The notes under the pieces were generated by a model. It had not been told where the DNA came from. It saw only the letters and a program-made list of their open reading frames with translations, and searched no databases. This document shows positions 28,716 to 38,888 of a DNA stretch of 64,000 bases, piece after piece (the first letter of the stretch is position 1; each line of letters opens with the position of its first letter). Location of the stretch: assembly GCA_964521215.1 (NCBI GenBank), contig CAZFRD010000003.1:425-64424 (forward strand), written 5' to 3'. The position numbers were made by a program, and so were the translations under genes. This stretch comes from an uncultured Pseudomonadales bacterium (lineage in GTDB: Bacteria; Patescibacteriota; Microgenomatia; UBA1400; PJMF01).

Positions 28716-29285
28716 TTAAGCAGTGTATTCTTCGTTTTCTTCCATTTCGCGCTCAATCAAACGCCTCAGGTAGACCGATCGAGGAATTTTCTTTTCCTTG
28801 GCTACCCAATCCAAATAGGTGCTGATGGTAGGCGTAATGAAGAAGTTGAAGCGTACATCACTGGTTTCTTGAGCGTATTCCAAGGCTAGAGTGAGCATTT
28901 CTTCCAGAGTAGAGTCGTCGTAGGTAAGCAGTTGGAGTCGATCAGAGTGCAAACCTTTAAGAGCGTGGGGGAGACCAGCGGCTTCTTTGCGGGTGAGGAT
29001 GATGACGGGTTTGCTCATGTTGAGGGCGGAGGCAACTTCAAAACCAATGCTGACGTCTGGCTGAGAGACTTCGTAGATGATGACGTCGGCTTTTTTGATC
29101 CAGTTGAAAAGTTTTTTGGCGTAGAGTTCGGCTTCAGCGGAGGATTCAGTAACGATCTCCGATGGGTTGCGCTCAATGGCGTGGCGGGTTAGTAAGTCGT
29201 GACCGAGCTTGTCGATAACGGAGATAACTCTCTCAAAGTCAGACTTATTTCCATTAATAATGGGTGCCATAAAATGTATTTTCAT
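28716..29285 (-). CDS. nucleoside 2-deoxyribosyltransferase-like domain fused to a ribbon-helix-helix
   Basis: IKKADVIIYEVSQPDVSIGFEVASAL..KPVIIL; C-terminal RFNFFIT..YLDWVAK..PRSVYLRRLIE. Confidence 0.75.
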   Translation of the reverse strand: MKIHFMAPIINGNKSDFERVISVIDKLGHDLLTRHAIERNPSEIVTESSAEAELYAKKLFNWIKKADVIIYEVSQPDVSIGFEVASALNMSKPVIILTRKEAAGLPHALKGLHSDRLQLLTYDDSTLEEMLTLALEYAQETSDVRFNFFITPTISTYLDWVAKEKKIPRSVYLRRLIEREMEENEEYTA

Positions 29286-29357
29286 TTTTTCTCCTCCGTT
29301 TACAAATACCTATTATATACTTACACTGCAAGTTATTAAAAAATATATCAAATACGT

Positions 29358-30383
29358 ATGATTAATTTATCATTTGGTTTCATCGGCTGTGGGGGGTGGG
29401 CGAGGAAGAAATACCTGCCTTACCTGGAAAAACACCCAGAGGTGACGGTGGCGGCTTTTTGCGAGTTGGTGTTGCCCAAAGAAAAAACTGAAATTTCTGA
29501 ACTTTTCCCCGAAGCCAAATATTACGAAACCGCCACCGAAATGCTGGCCAGTGAAAAATTAGCTGGTGTCGTCGTCACGCTCCCACACAGCCTGCACTTA
29601 CCTAGAATCCTTCAGGCTTTAGAGCAAGGCTTACCAGTTTTTACCGACAAACCTGCCGGCGTCACCGCCGATGAAATCCGACAAATTGTCGCCGCCGAAG
29701 CAAAATCAGGCAAAAGAGTCACTATTGGCTCGCAGAGGCGAGCCTTACCAGGTTATACCGAAATTAAACAACGACTAGCCCAAAGTGGCGAACAACCACG
29801 CTGGGCCACCGGCACCTTTCACTTTAGCTCCTACCCCGGTTGGCAAAACACCTGGAGAAACAACCCCCAACTAGCCGGTAATCCGCAAACCAAGCAGGGA
29901 GTCTTGCTCGATACCGGCTACCACCTAATCGACAGCTTGCTCTATATCTTGAACTTCCCCAAACCACTCCGCGTCTTTGCGCAGGCCAATTACCGCGACT
30001 ACAACGTAGAAGCCGATGTAGCGCTCACCATCCAGTTTGACCACGAACTCACCATGCAACTAAATGTTTCGCGCGATGTGCCACCCCAATATGAAAAAGA
30101 GGGCATCGCGCTCTTAACCGACAGGCAGTACCTGTCATTCAACCTCAATTCCGTCAATGGCGTCAAAAAAGCCACTTTAGTGATTAGTGACCAAGACTCC
30201 TCAGCCCAAATCCTCCACTATCCCATCACCGCCATCGCCCATCATCCATTAGCTTCGTTCTTGGATTATGTAGCGGGTAAACCTTATGAAGAAACTTGGT
30301 CTGTCGCCTCTAGTTTGCTGACGCTAGAAATTATTGATGCCGCTTACCAATCAATTCAAACTCAAGCTGTAGTTCACTTATAA
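29358..30383 (+). CDS. Gfo/Idh/MocA family oxidoreductase
   Basis: GFIGCGGWA, PHSLH, TDKP and GVLLDTGYHLID motifs. Confidence 0.9.
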   Translation: MINLSFGFIGCGGWARKKYLPYLEKHPEVTVAAFCELVLPKEKTEISELFPEAKYYETATEMLASEKLAGVVVTLPHSLHLPRILQALEQGLPVFTDKPAGVTADEIRQIVAAEAKSGKRVTIGSQRRALPGYTEIKQRLAQSGEQPRWATGTFHFSSYPGWQNTWRNNPQLAGNPQTKQGVLLDTGYHLIDSLLYILNFPKPLRVFAQANYRDYNVEADVALTIQFDHELTMQLNVSRDVPPQYEKEGIALLTDRQYLSFNLNSVNGVKKATLVISDQDSSAQILHYPITAIAHHPLASFLDYVAGKPYEETWSVASSLLTLEIIDAAYQSIQTQAVVHL

Positions 30384-30401
30384 CTTTGTCATGCAGAATT
30401 T

Positions 30402-31154
30402 ATGCCAAATTTAAACTCGGTCGCCGTAATTACAGGTGGAAGTAGTGGGATGGGACTCGCCACTGCCAGAAAATTAGCCCAAGAAGGTTGCCAGACGCTA
30501 TTTTTACTAGCAAGAACTGAGAACAAGTTGGACCAAGTAGTTTCTGAGCTAAAACATGATTTTCCCGCACTCAGAGTGAGCGGACTCACAGTAGACGTAA
30601 GCAACTTTGAGCAAGTCAAAGCCACTTTTGCCACCATTGCCCAAACGGAATCGCGGATTGATTATCTTTTGCTGGCTGCTGGTGCGAGTGTGAGCGAGAA
30701 ACTGAGCAAATCAACCGATTCCCAAGCTTTTAACCAAGATTTACAAATTAACTTAGTCGGCACCTACAATTGCCTATTGTGTGCCCAACCCTTGTTGGGG
30801 CAGGGGAGCAGTGTGGTGACGGTGGCCTCGATCCGGGGCCAGCTGCCTAGTCCGACTGGCTTGGGGTATGCCGCCGCCAAAGGCGGCATCCTAGCCTTAA
30901 CCAGATCCACAGCGCTCCAGCTGGCCCCCCAAGGAATTCGTGTCAATTGCATCTCTCCTAGCGCCGTTTTTCCCACCGGAATGTCCCAACACTGGGACGA
31001 AAGCAAGCGCCAACGGATTACTAACGAAATTCCGCTTCAAAGGATTACTAGCCCCGAAGAAATTGCCAATGTGGCTTGGTTTTTACTTTCCCATCAATCA
31101 AGTTGTCTCACTGGTCAAACTATCAACTGTAACGGTGGTGAATACATGAACTAG
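30402..31154 (+). CDS. short-chain dehydrogenase/reductase (FabG-like)
   Basis: TGGSSGMG, YAAAK, IRVNCISP and TGQTINCNGG motifs. Confidence 0.92.
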   Translation: MPNLNSVAVITGGSSGMGLATARKLAQEGCQTLFLLARTENKLDQVVSELKHDFPALRVSGLTVDVSNFEQVKATFATIAQTESRIDYLLLAAGASVSEKLSKSTDSQAFNQDLQINLVGTYNCLLCAQPLLGQGSSVVTVASIRGQLPSPTGLGYAAAKGGILALTRSTALQLAPQGIRVNCISPSAVFPTGMSQHWDESKRQRITNEIPLQRITSPEEIANVAWFLLSHQSSCLTGQTINCNGGEYMN

Positions 31155-31186
31155 CCACCAAAGCAGAAATACGCTAAGATTGGTGT

Positions 31187-31693
31187 ATGTCACAACCATT
31201 TTTTGCTAAAGTGCATCAACAATTGGGATCGACCAAGACTGGTTGGTTATTTGTGCTGGCTGGCGCAGTGGCTGGCTTATTAGTACTAGGCTTGGTTATT
31301 GCCTACCAGCGCACGACCAAAACTACCCAGCAGTATCCCACCGCCGCCGATGGTCCCAAACTACAAGATTTGACATACTTAGAAGCTCAACCAACTGAGA
31401 GCAATTTTGTTTGGCAGCCTCTCGACCAACCGCCGGTGAATGTGGTGGGTAATTTGCAAAAAAGTCGTAACGTGCCGGTTAAGGCTGCCAACCCTGGTAC
31501 TGCGTTGGTGAATGAAGGTTACCAGATGGTAGAAGTGGCTCAAACGGATATGAAGCCTTATCAGTCCCAAACCGGTTATCAAAAAGAGCGGGATGTTTGT
31601 TTGTTAATTGCTTCGATGGCTAATGGTGAAGCAGATATGTGGGCAGATAATCCCGATTACATGTATGAACTCAAGTGCGGCCGTTTACCCTAA
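31187..31693 (+). CDS. membrane-anchored hypothetical protein
   Basis: Single N-terminal TM helix; Cys pair near the C-terminus. Confidence 0.7.
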   Translation: MSQPFFAKVHQQLGSTKTGWLFVLAGAVAGLLVLGLVIAYQRTTKTTQQYPTAADGPKLQDLTYLEAQPTESNFVWQPLDQPPVNVVGNLQKSRNVPVKAANPGTALVNEGYQMVEVAQTDMKPYQSQTGYQKERDVCLLIASMANGEADMWADNPDYMYELKCGRLP

Positions 31694-31787
31694 GTTTTTC
31701 CATTAGTCCTATAAATATATATTAAATGCGTATTGAAATGGATCATAATTCCTGTACAATCACAGTTAGTATATTATAGGTCTTTAA

Positions 31788-33125
31788 ATGCTAAAGCTAA
31801 ATGAATTTCGAGAAAAAATTGGAACATGGTACTCTCAGTTGTCAAATAAGGAAAAGGCGAGTTTAGGTGTTTTTGTTGGTAGTTTTCTTTTACTATTGAC
31901 CACATCTTGCGCTGAACCTTTACCAATGTCAGGAGTGGCAGCAGCAGCTGACCTAGGTAACAATGACAAGAGAAACCAACCCACAGCTCAAGTTGACAAT
32001 TCCGACGTCGTTGTTGCAGACAATCTTGATGAAGCGACAGCAAATCTCCAACAAGTAGCAACACCAACCCCAACGCAGACACCAAGATCTACTCAAGAGC
32101 AGCCACAACCAACCGAAACACAAGTTCCATATGCCGTTGTGAAAAAAAATAGCAACCTGCGAAGTGACCACACAATAACATCTGCGATTGTTGCTGGGTT
32201 GACCAGCGGAGAGAATGTAGTTGTAATCGGTAAAATAGACTATCCAACTGGGACTTTCGATTGGTACGAAATCCAACGAACGATTGGTAAAAGAGAAAGA
32301 GGTTTTATTCGAGGTGATTTACTTGGTGTTAGCCCAACTATGACAGTTCCCGTGCTAGAAACGCTTTCTGCACCAACCCCAGCTCCTAAACCTCCTACCA
32401 TTAGAGAAAGTCAAACGACGAAAGAAGTTTCTGTAACATACATTACACCTGCCGTGAACACCATCACTTTCTCCAACCCCTACACCCAAGAAGGGAGAGC
32501 ACCAGGCCTTGTCATAACAAACCCTCAGAGATTTAAAGTGTTAACAGACAATCATCCATGGTACGAAATAGTATTCGGAGGAAATCGAGTGTGGATACTA
32601 GCTACTCAAGATACTGTAATAGTAAAAGGAACTGAAAAAGTTGTGGTTCAAGCAAGTGGCCCAGTTGTAACTAACCCAGAAACCGCACCCACATCAACTG
32701 GCACCCATTTTAGTGGAATTCATACCGGAGGTGTCTGGTACATTCCTGAGGTGGAACTCAATCTATCAGATGGAGAACACAATAAAAGAGTCGTGTGGAG
32801 CCCTGAAACAGCAACTATTACTCCAGTTACAGGATGGGTTGCTGAAGCTAGCGAAGTAACGGTATACCAAAAAGAGGGAAACTTAATATTTAATGTGGGC
32901 TCAGTGGATCAAAATGCCGATGGTTCTTATTCGGTGTTGGGTAATAGATTAAACTCATCATATGTAGTTTATATCTATATTAAAGATGACGCTGGCAATG
33001 ACACGGCAACAAATACCAATCTTCAGTATTCTCCAACAATGGTATCAGTTGATGAGCGAGTGGGAGTATTAGGAAATTGTATATTACTATTTGTCTCTAG
33101 AGATAAGTTGCCTAAGATAAAATAA
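31788..33125 (+). CDS. surface protein with bacterial SH3-like domain(s), possible lipoprotein
   Basis: Hydrophobic segment ending LTTSC; Pro/Thr linkers; NLRS..WYEI..GFIRGDLL SH3b pattern. Confidence 0.7.
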   Translation: MLKLNEFREKIGTWYSQLSNKEKASLGVFVGSFLLLLTTSCAEPLPMSGVAAAADLGNNDKRNQPTAQVDNSDVVVADNLDEATANLQQVATPTPTQTPRSTQEQPQPTETQVPYAVVKKNSNLRSDHTITSAIVAGLTSGENVVVIGKIDYPTGTFDWYEIQRTIGKRERGFIRGDLLGVSPTMTVPVLETLSAPTPAPKPPTIRESQTTKEVSVTYITPAVNTITFSNPYTQEGRAPGLVITNPQRFKVLTDNHPWYEIVFGGNRVWILATQDTVIVKGTEKVVVQASGPVVTNPETAPTSTGTHFSGIHTGGVWYIPEVELNLSDGEHNKRVVWSPETATITPVTGWVAEASEVTVYQKEGNLIFNVGSVDQNADGSYSVLGNRLNSSYVVYIYIKDDAGNDTATNTNLQYSPTMVSVDERVGVLGNCILLFVSRDKLPKIK

Positions 33126-33168
33126 TTACCTCTTGATCATGAGTGCTATTTCTTGATAGAGTGGTATC

Positions 33169-36100
33169 GTGTGGAAATATTTTTGGAAATTATTTGTTAT
33201 TGCATCATTATTTTTTGTTCTCGTAGTTTTTAAACCTCTAAATACCGCTGAAGCTTACTGTAATCCAGACCTCTGGCATGATGCAACAAGTTGTCAGTCT
33301 AGTTGCACAAAAACACAATACAACGACTGCGACGTAACCAATACTAGAGTAGTATCATGTACTGGGGGTAGTTGTGCAGATCCGACTGCTACGCCAGGTG
33401 GTAATCCCAATGTTCGCTGTGGCAGTTGTACCTGCCCAGATGGAAGTACTAAAGCAAAGTGGTGTACCCCCGATTGCTCTGCCACTAACGCCTGTTGGTG
33501 TGATCCATGTGGAGGAGGTGGCGGGGGAGGGGGGAATAGTTGCTGTATGTTAGATGAGAATTGTACTGCTAGTAACTCATGTTACAACTGTAGTCCTGGT
33601 AACTGTAGAGGTTTTTGTGACTCCAATAATGAATGTTCGGCAGCGAGCTACGAAGGCGCCTGTACATATCGTTGTATAGCGGATCCCACCTCACCTCCTG
33701 GTTCCACACCCACTCCAACCTTTCCACCGCTTTGTGGCAACCTCAGCGTCGACCCTGGCGAGGCGTGTGATAATTACATTTACAATAGCAATACAGTCCC
33801 TAATGCCTGTCGGCTGAACTGCCAGTGGCCAGTCTGTGGCGATTTTGTAGTAGATAATACAAACGCCACTCACGGGGGGGTCAACGAAGAATGCGATGCC
33901 GGCGCTGGCAACAGCACCACTGGTTACTGTTCCAACAGTTGTTTACAACTACCCGAATATTCAAATTCTTGTAATCTGATAACTATTGGGCCTTATGCTT
34001 ATGATGGCGTGGACTTTACCTACTCGTACCGAGCGCAAAGTAACGCCAATACTCCAGGTAGTTACTCACCATCGCTACAAATGACTCACCTCAGAAACAA
34101 ATTAGGGATAGATCTTACCCCGCCCAATATTATGTATAGCGAAATAATTCCAAGTTGTAGTAATTACTCATGCACTTCCAACCAAACAATGACCATCGAT
34201 GGTGATTACTTGGTAGTGGATGGAGTAGGTCATAGTTTAACAGTAGGTGTCAATGTCTGGTCAACTATTGAGGGTGAGGCACACCAGTGCGAAACAAGCT
34301 GGTATAGCTCCACCTCGCCAGCATGGCCCAACGAAAACTCACTTAATGGCTGTGATAACAACTGCCGAACTACCATACCAATTATTAATAAGGTAGAGGC
34401 TGCCTGTAACAACTTCACTGTTGACGCTAGTACGATCAATGCAAGTAGTAACTTAACCATCACAGGAACAACTACGACTAATTTATCAGTGGGTCAAGTG
34501 GTACTACAGTACCAAATTCTTAAGGAAGATAACTCCACCACCACTTGGGAAGCCGTTCCAGGAGCAGCTTGCACCGCTACTGGCTCAGATTGGACATGTA
34601 CCAATGTTATTCTTCCTGAATTATTAGAAACTGACCAAGAAGTGAGATTTGATTTGATTCCACTAGTTACAGTTGCCTGTTCGAATATTACGCATCATAG
34701 CGATCAAAGTACGACCGACTGCCTAGTAGCGGCTGGTCCAACTACCGCAGTAAGATGTCGATCTTGGGGCTGGGCCGCTGGCTTGCCTCCCAACGACCAT
34801 CCCAACACTTCTTGTAGCAGTAGTTGTTATGTGGCTTTACCCGTCGGTGCTGTGCCTTATACCCCCACACCCACCCCCACAGTTACACTCACCCCCATTC
34901 CAACCAATACTGCCACACCAACGCCCATTGGAGCGCCCACCGCCACGCCCACCCACACACCCACACCCACACCTACGCCCACTTCTTCCGTACCAACGGC
35001 CACACCCACCAATACTCCTGCCGTGGCACCAGCATTCTGGGGTGAATTATTTTACGACTTCAACAACAATGGAGTTTATGAAACTCAATGTGACGTGGGC
35101 CATATCGTCGAAAAAATTGATTATGCCACCTTTGGCTGTACCGGAGCAGGTTGTACCGACTGCTCGCCCAAAGCTGCACTCGCTGCCCTAATTGGACCAC
35201 TCAACCGGTCACTAGAAGGATTTGAATTATTGGTGGAGGGCACCGGTTTCATTTGGCTCCCCAATCCCAAAATCAGACTCGCACCCTACAGTAGTAATCC
35301 GTTTTACTCGTGGAACGTGGCGCAAAATAATTCTTATACCCTGACTTTGACAGATCCTCGTTCCACCGTCCGTAACTGTAGCGTCACTACTGGTAATCCT
35401 CGCAATATCTCGGTGGGCACTTCCAATGTGGGCAATATTAACACCGGTATCATCTGTAGCCCTCCTTCCACACCCACACCAACGCCCACTCCCACAGCCA
35501 CCGTTACACCCACACCCACCGTCACACCCACTTCCACGCCCACACCCACGCCCACGCCTGGTCCCTATTGGCAAATCCAAGGTGGCAATCTCTTTTCTAA
35601 TGGCGATACTACTGTATTATTGCCAGATCTCTCGTCACTCGGCACCTCAATTCATTTAGCCGATAAATATCCAAATTCTGCTCTCAATATTAGCGCTGGT
35701 GCGGCCATTAGCAATGGATTACTATCAATCGGTTCTGGTTCACTTAATGATTTTTCGGCAAATTTTTCGGGTGAAAAAGTTGAAGAAACTAGCAGCTCGA
35801 TCTGTAGTGATTACACTTTTGCCAGTTTTGCGGATAGTTTAGATTTAGCTCATTTAACATCACAAGGGCCTTTATCAGGAACTATGATTGTCCAAGATTT
35901 CGACAATATATATGGTTCAGCTGTCGATCGGGGAGATTACAAAATTTTCTATCGCTCAGATGATCTACGCCTCAATATCGGAGTATTGTGGGAAGTTAAT
36001 GCAGATCCACCAAACAACAACAAACCCACCATCGTAGTGGTTGATGGAGATCTTGAAGTTGCCTCCATCGGAGGTTTGGAACAACTCATTGACCTAAATC

Positions 36101-36471
36101 CAAATACATTTCTTGGCTTTATTGTCTCTGGCGATATCATTTTTGAAAGCTCAGTGGGCAACAACGTTAGTTCTTCAACTATACCTCCAGGAATTCCAGA
36201 CAACGAACTAAGCAATGTAGAGGGCTTATTCTTCTCGACCGGAAAACCAACCGGTGGCGGTAATGTTATCGTCCAATCAGCCACTCTACCCGCAGAGGAT
36301 AAACGCTTCGTGGGTGAGGGCACATTCATTGGCTGTGCTGGTGTAGAGTTACAGCGAGCCCTTCAAATCAATAATAATAAAACTGAGATATTCCGTTTCA
36401 AACCAGACTTACTATTGAACGTACCAACCGACTTAAGAGAGGCACATATATCATGGCAAGAAATCAACTAG
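33169..36471 (+). CDS. large Cys-rich secreted protein with Pro/Thr linkers, probable pilus-associated adhesin
   Basis: Signal peptide; CGN..VDPGEACD and CGD..EECD Myxococcus-type Cys repeats; PT tracts; overlaps the downstream prepilin gene. Confidence 0.75.
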   Translation: MWKYFWKLFVIASLFFVLVVFKPLNTAEAYCNPDLWHDATSCQSSCTKTQYNDCDVTNTRVVSCTGGSCADPTATPGGNPNVRCGSCTCPDGSTKAKWCTPDCSATNACWCDPCGGGGGGGGNSCCMLDENCTASNSCYNCSPGNCRGFCDSNNECSAASYEGACTYRCIADPTSPPGSTPTPTFPPLCGNLSVDPGEACDNYIYNSNTVPNACRLNCQWPVCGDFVVDNTNATHGGVNEECDAGAGNSTTGYCSNSCLQLPEYSNSCNLITIGPYAYDGVDFTYSYRAQSNANTPGSYSPSLQMTHLRNKLGIDLTPPNIMYSEIIPSCSNYSCTSNQTMTIDGDYLVVDGVGHSLTVGVNVWSTIEGEAHQCETSWYSSTSPAWPNENSLNGCDNNCRTTIPIINKVEAACNNFTVDASTINASSNLTITGTTTTNLSVGQVVLQYQILKEDNSTTTWEAVPGAACTATGSDWTCTNVILPELLETDQEVRFDLIPLVTVACSNITHHSDQSTTDCLVAAGPTTAVRCRSWGWAAGLPPNDHPNTSCSSSCYVALPVGAVPYTPTPTPTVTLTPIPTNTATPTPIGAPTATPTHTPTPTPTPTSSVPTATPTNTPAVAPAFWGELFYDFNNNGVYETQCDVGHIVEKIDYATFGCTGAGCTDCSPKAALAALIGPLNRSLEGFELLVEGTGFIWLPNPKIRLAPYSSNPFYSWNVAQNNSYTLTLTDPRSTVRNCSVTTGNPRNISVGTSNVGNINTGIICSPPSTPTPTPTPTATVTPTPTVTPTSTPTPTPTPGPYWQIQGGNLFSNGDTTVLLPDLSSLGTSIHLADKYPNSALNISAGAAISNGLLSIGSGSLNDFSANFSGEKVEETSSSICSDYTFASFADSLDLAHLTSQGPLSGTMIVQDFDNIYGSAVDRGDYKIFYRSDDLRLNIGVLWEVNADPPNNNKPTIVVVDGDLEVASIGGLEQLIDLNPNTFLGFIVSGDIIFESSVGNNVSSSTIPPGIPDNELSNVEGLFFSTGKPTGGGNVIVQSATLPAEDKRFVGEGTFIGCAGVELQRALQINNNKTEIFRFKPDLLLNVPTDLREAHISWQEIN
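34861..35562 (+). repeat. two Pro-Thr low-complexity tracts (about 34861-35020 and 35461-35562)
   Basis: ACNCCN hexamer runs encoding (TP)n. Confidence 0.8.
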
Positions 36472-36965
36472 GCTATTCTTTAGTCGAACTATTGGTGGTG
36501 ACGGCTCTAATGTTACTCTTGCTTTTGGGTGTGTCCACTTTGCTCATCGCCAGTTTGACCAGCGATGCCCGTATCACCATAAGGCAAGAACTGCGAGCAG
36601 AGGGCAACTACGCCCTAGATACCATGAGTTACTTCATCCGCAATGCCAAATCTCTTGAGGACTGTACTTCTGGGGGCATCACTCTCACCGTCAACAACGA
36701 AGATAGACGAGAGAGCCAGTTCTCAGTGGTACTCAATGGGGGCTATAATCAAATCGCCTCGGATTCTGCAGCGGTAGGCTCCTTTCTTGCACGAAGAGCA
36801 TTTCTCACCCAAGCTCCTTACGAAGTGAGCAACTTTATCGTGGACTGCAATGACGACAACGCCCAGCCCTACGTCACCATTAGTTTCACTTTGGAGCGAA
36901 CTGACGTGGAAGGAGAAGCGATCAGCAATGACTTCCGCCACACCGTATTGGTGCGCAATCAATAA
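36453..36965 (+). CDS. PilW-like minor pilin
   Basis: G|YSLVELLVV class III signal peptide; ALDTMSYFIRNA motif. Confidence 0.8.
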   Translation: MARNQLGYSLVELLVVTALMLLLLLGVSTLLIASLTSDARITIRQELRAEGNYALDTMSYFIRNAKSLEDCTSGGITLTVNNEDRRESQFSVVLNGGYNQIASDSAAVGSFLARRAFLTQAPYEVSNFIVDCNDDNAQPYVTISFTLERTDVEGEAISNDFRHTVLVRNQ

Positions 36966-36970
36966 TTGAA

Positions 36971-37432
36971 TTAATATTCCCGTTCGTAATATTCTTGGGT
37001 CAGAACATAAGTTTTTGTTTTGGCATCAACTTCCCACTCAATGGTAATTTTTGCGGTGATTTTTTCTGGAGATCCAGCTGGTGGCTTCGTAATCAATACC
37101 GTAGGAGTAAAATCCATACCCAGCTTATTGATCGTCGCACATGACGAACCTGGCAGTGGTTCAGTAAAAGTAGGAGGATCCGCTGGAAAATAACAATAGT
37201 TGGTAAGATCGTTCAGCCCAGCAAAAAAAGTTGGCCAACTTTCTTGAGCCCGTTTGAGCAAAATATATTCCGAAATTTCCTCAGCCAAACTTGTTGCGCC
37301 TTCTCGGTAGCGGTTGACAGCTTCTCGCTGGATGGAGTAGGTGAGACTGATAGCGATCCCCGTCAACATCACGCCCACTATTACGGTGGCAACCAGGAGC
37401 TCAATTAAGGTATTGCCTCGTTGTTTTTTCAT
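36971..37432 (-). CDS. PilV-like minor pilin
   Basis: G|NTLIELLVA; ATSLAEEISE motif. Confidence 0.78.
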   Translation of the reverse strand: MKKQRGNTLIELLVATVIVGVMLTGIAISLTYSIQREAVNRYREGATSLAEEISEYILLKRAQESWPTFFAGLNDLTNYCYFPADPPTFTEPLPGSSCATINKLGMDFTPTVLITKPPAGSPEKITAKITIEWEVDAKTKTYVLTQEYYEREY

Positions 37433-37434
37433 AA

Positions 37435-37989
37435 TTAAGGTTGTTTCGTCACGGCCGAGATCTCGCCGCCCGGGCTAAGAGTAAATTGATAAGTCACGCC
37501 ACCACGACTGACCTCAATATCGGTATCATCATCCACAGTGGCTCCGCCCATGAGCGAGTAGAAGCTGACGGATTTAGATACACTGCCCCACACTCCACCA
37601 ACAACAATTTGCTCACCATCATAAAACACATCTACCGGTACAGTAATTTCATAGGTACTAACAGGAGTTGGTGAATTTGTAGCCGAAAACTTACCCGAGC
37701 CACAGTATCCCACACTTTGAACTTCATCGTCTGAAGAATTAAAAACTAGGGAATAGCCGATTACTTTATCTGGAACTGTACACCCCTCAGCATCCTGAGA
37801 TCTAGCTTTGGCTCTGGTTTGTACAACAAAACGCTGTAATTCGGTCGCCACTTTTTCTGCATCCAATCTTTCTTGGAAACGCAGATAGGTTGCTCCACCA
37901 ACGGTCAGTAAAATCAGACCCACCACCATCGTCGCCATTAGCTCAATCAGGGTGAAACCTTGATGGTTATGAAGCGTGGGTTGTTTCAT
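37435..37989 (-). CDS. FimT/GspH-like minor pilin
   Basis: G|FTLIELM; ELQRFV.QTRAKARS motif. Confidence 0.78.
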   Translation of the reverse strand: MKQPTLHNHQGFTLIELMATMVVGLILLTVGGATYLRFQERLDAEKVATELQRFVVQTRAKARSQDAEGCTVPDKVIGYSLVFNSSDDEVQSVGYCGSGKFSATNSPTPVSTYEITVPVDVFYDGEQIVVGGVWGSVSKSVSFYSLMGGATVDDDTDIEVSRGGVTYQFTLSPGGEISAVTKQP

Positions 37990-37999
37990 GAAAAATCAA

Positions 38000-38395
38000 T
38001 TAGGGGTTAGTCACGATAAAAGGCGGAGCGTTTTCTAAGGTTGCTTCCAGTTGAAAACCAGTACAGCTAGTACTGCAACCCCCAGGTGAAGGGGTATATG
38101 TATAAGCGGCACCAGTTGACGGGTCGGTAGGAATTGCTGCATCAGACCAATAACCGGTCGTCGACAGTAAGTCGGTATTTTCTGGGTAAACTCCATTATC
38201 TGATCTGTATAGCACCAGCGCCTGTCTGATATTGGTTACATCAGTTCTCCGACGGCTGTTGCGGGCATTTCTAGCGGCATTGGTATAGGTCACCAAACCA
38301 ATAGCAAATAAGATTGACATAATGGTGACCACGGCTAACAGCTCGATTAGGGTAAAACCTGATCTTTTTTTATTTTTTCGGTTAAGTTTTATCAT
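38000..38395 (-). CDS. GspG-like pilin
   Basis: G|FTLIELL, ARNSRRRTD..IRQALVLYRSDNGVYP and PTDP motifs. Confidence 0.85.
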   Translation of the reverse strand: MIKLNRKNKKRSGFTLIELLAVVTIMSILFAIGLVTYTNAARNARNSRRRTDVTNIRQALVLYRSDNGVYPENTDLLSTTGYWSDAAIPTDPSTGAAYTYTPSPGGCSTSCTGFQLEATLENAPPFIVTNP

Positions 38396-38416
38396 TTTGT
38401 TATTTTTTTTAGATTT

Positions 38417-38827
38417 TTAAAATAAGTTGTTCACACAAAAGAAACCACTTCCCCCCATTCCTGGAACACCACCGCACGCAGCATCACAATTTCCATTGTC
38501 ACCCTCAAGGTCTGCGCTAATACAGTAACTCGTTCCACCAAACTGACAAACATAATCATCTCCGCGTGGACCTTCATAAACTCCGTTGAAACCTTGAACA
38601 TAGTCATCCAAATTTGCACAGTCATTTGTAACTGGGTAAGCATTTGGTAACTGATCTGCATAGTACTGCTCAGCTGCACCTTGTAATGCTTTAATCTCCG
38701 AAATCCTCCGAGCATCTCGGCTTCTCTGAAGTGATTTTTGAAAAGCCATCAAACCCATCGTAGATAAAAGCCCAATGATGGCGACCACAATGAGGATTTC
38801 TATCAGGGTAAAGCCGTTTTTTTTCAT
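38417..38827 (-). CDS. type IV pilin
   Basis: G|FTLIEIL and SRDARRISEI..AEQYY; several Cys. Confidence 0.85.
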   Translation of the reverse strand: MKKNGFTLIEILIVVAIIGLLSTMGLMAFQKSLQRSRDARRISEIKALQGAAEQYYADQLPNAYPVTNDCANLDDYVQGFNGVYEGPRGDDYVCQFGGTSYCISADLEGDNGNCDAACGGVPGMGGSGFFCVNNLF

Positions 38828-38888
38828 AGTCTGATCATCATACTAGTATTTGCGACCCAATTGCAAGCGCCGATCAAAGTAGTTGAGT

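Noticed and set aside
34824-35659. His/Pro-rich and Gly/Val-rich alternative-frame ORFs
   Set aside because: They are by-products of the Pro-Thr codon repeats in the adhesin-like gene
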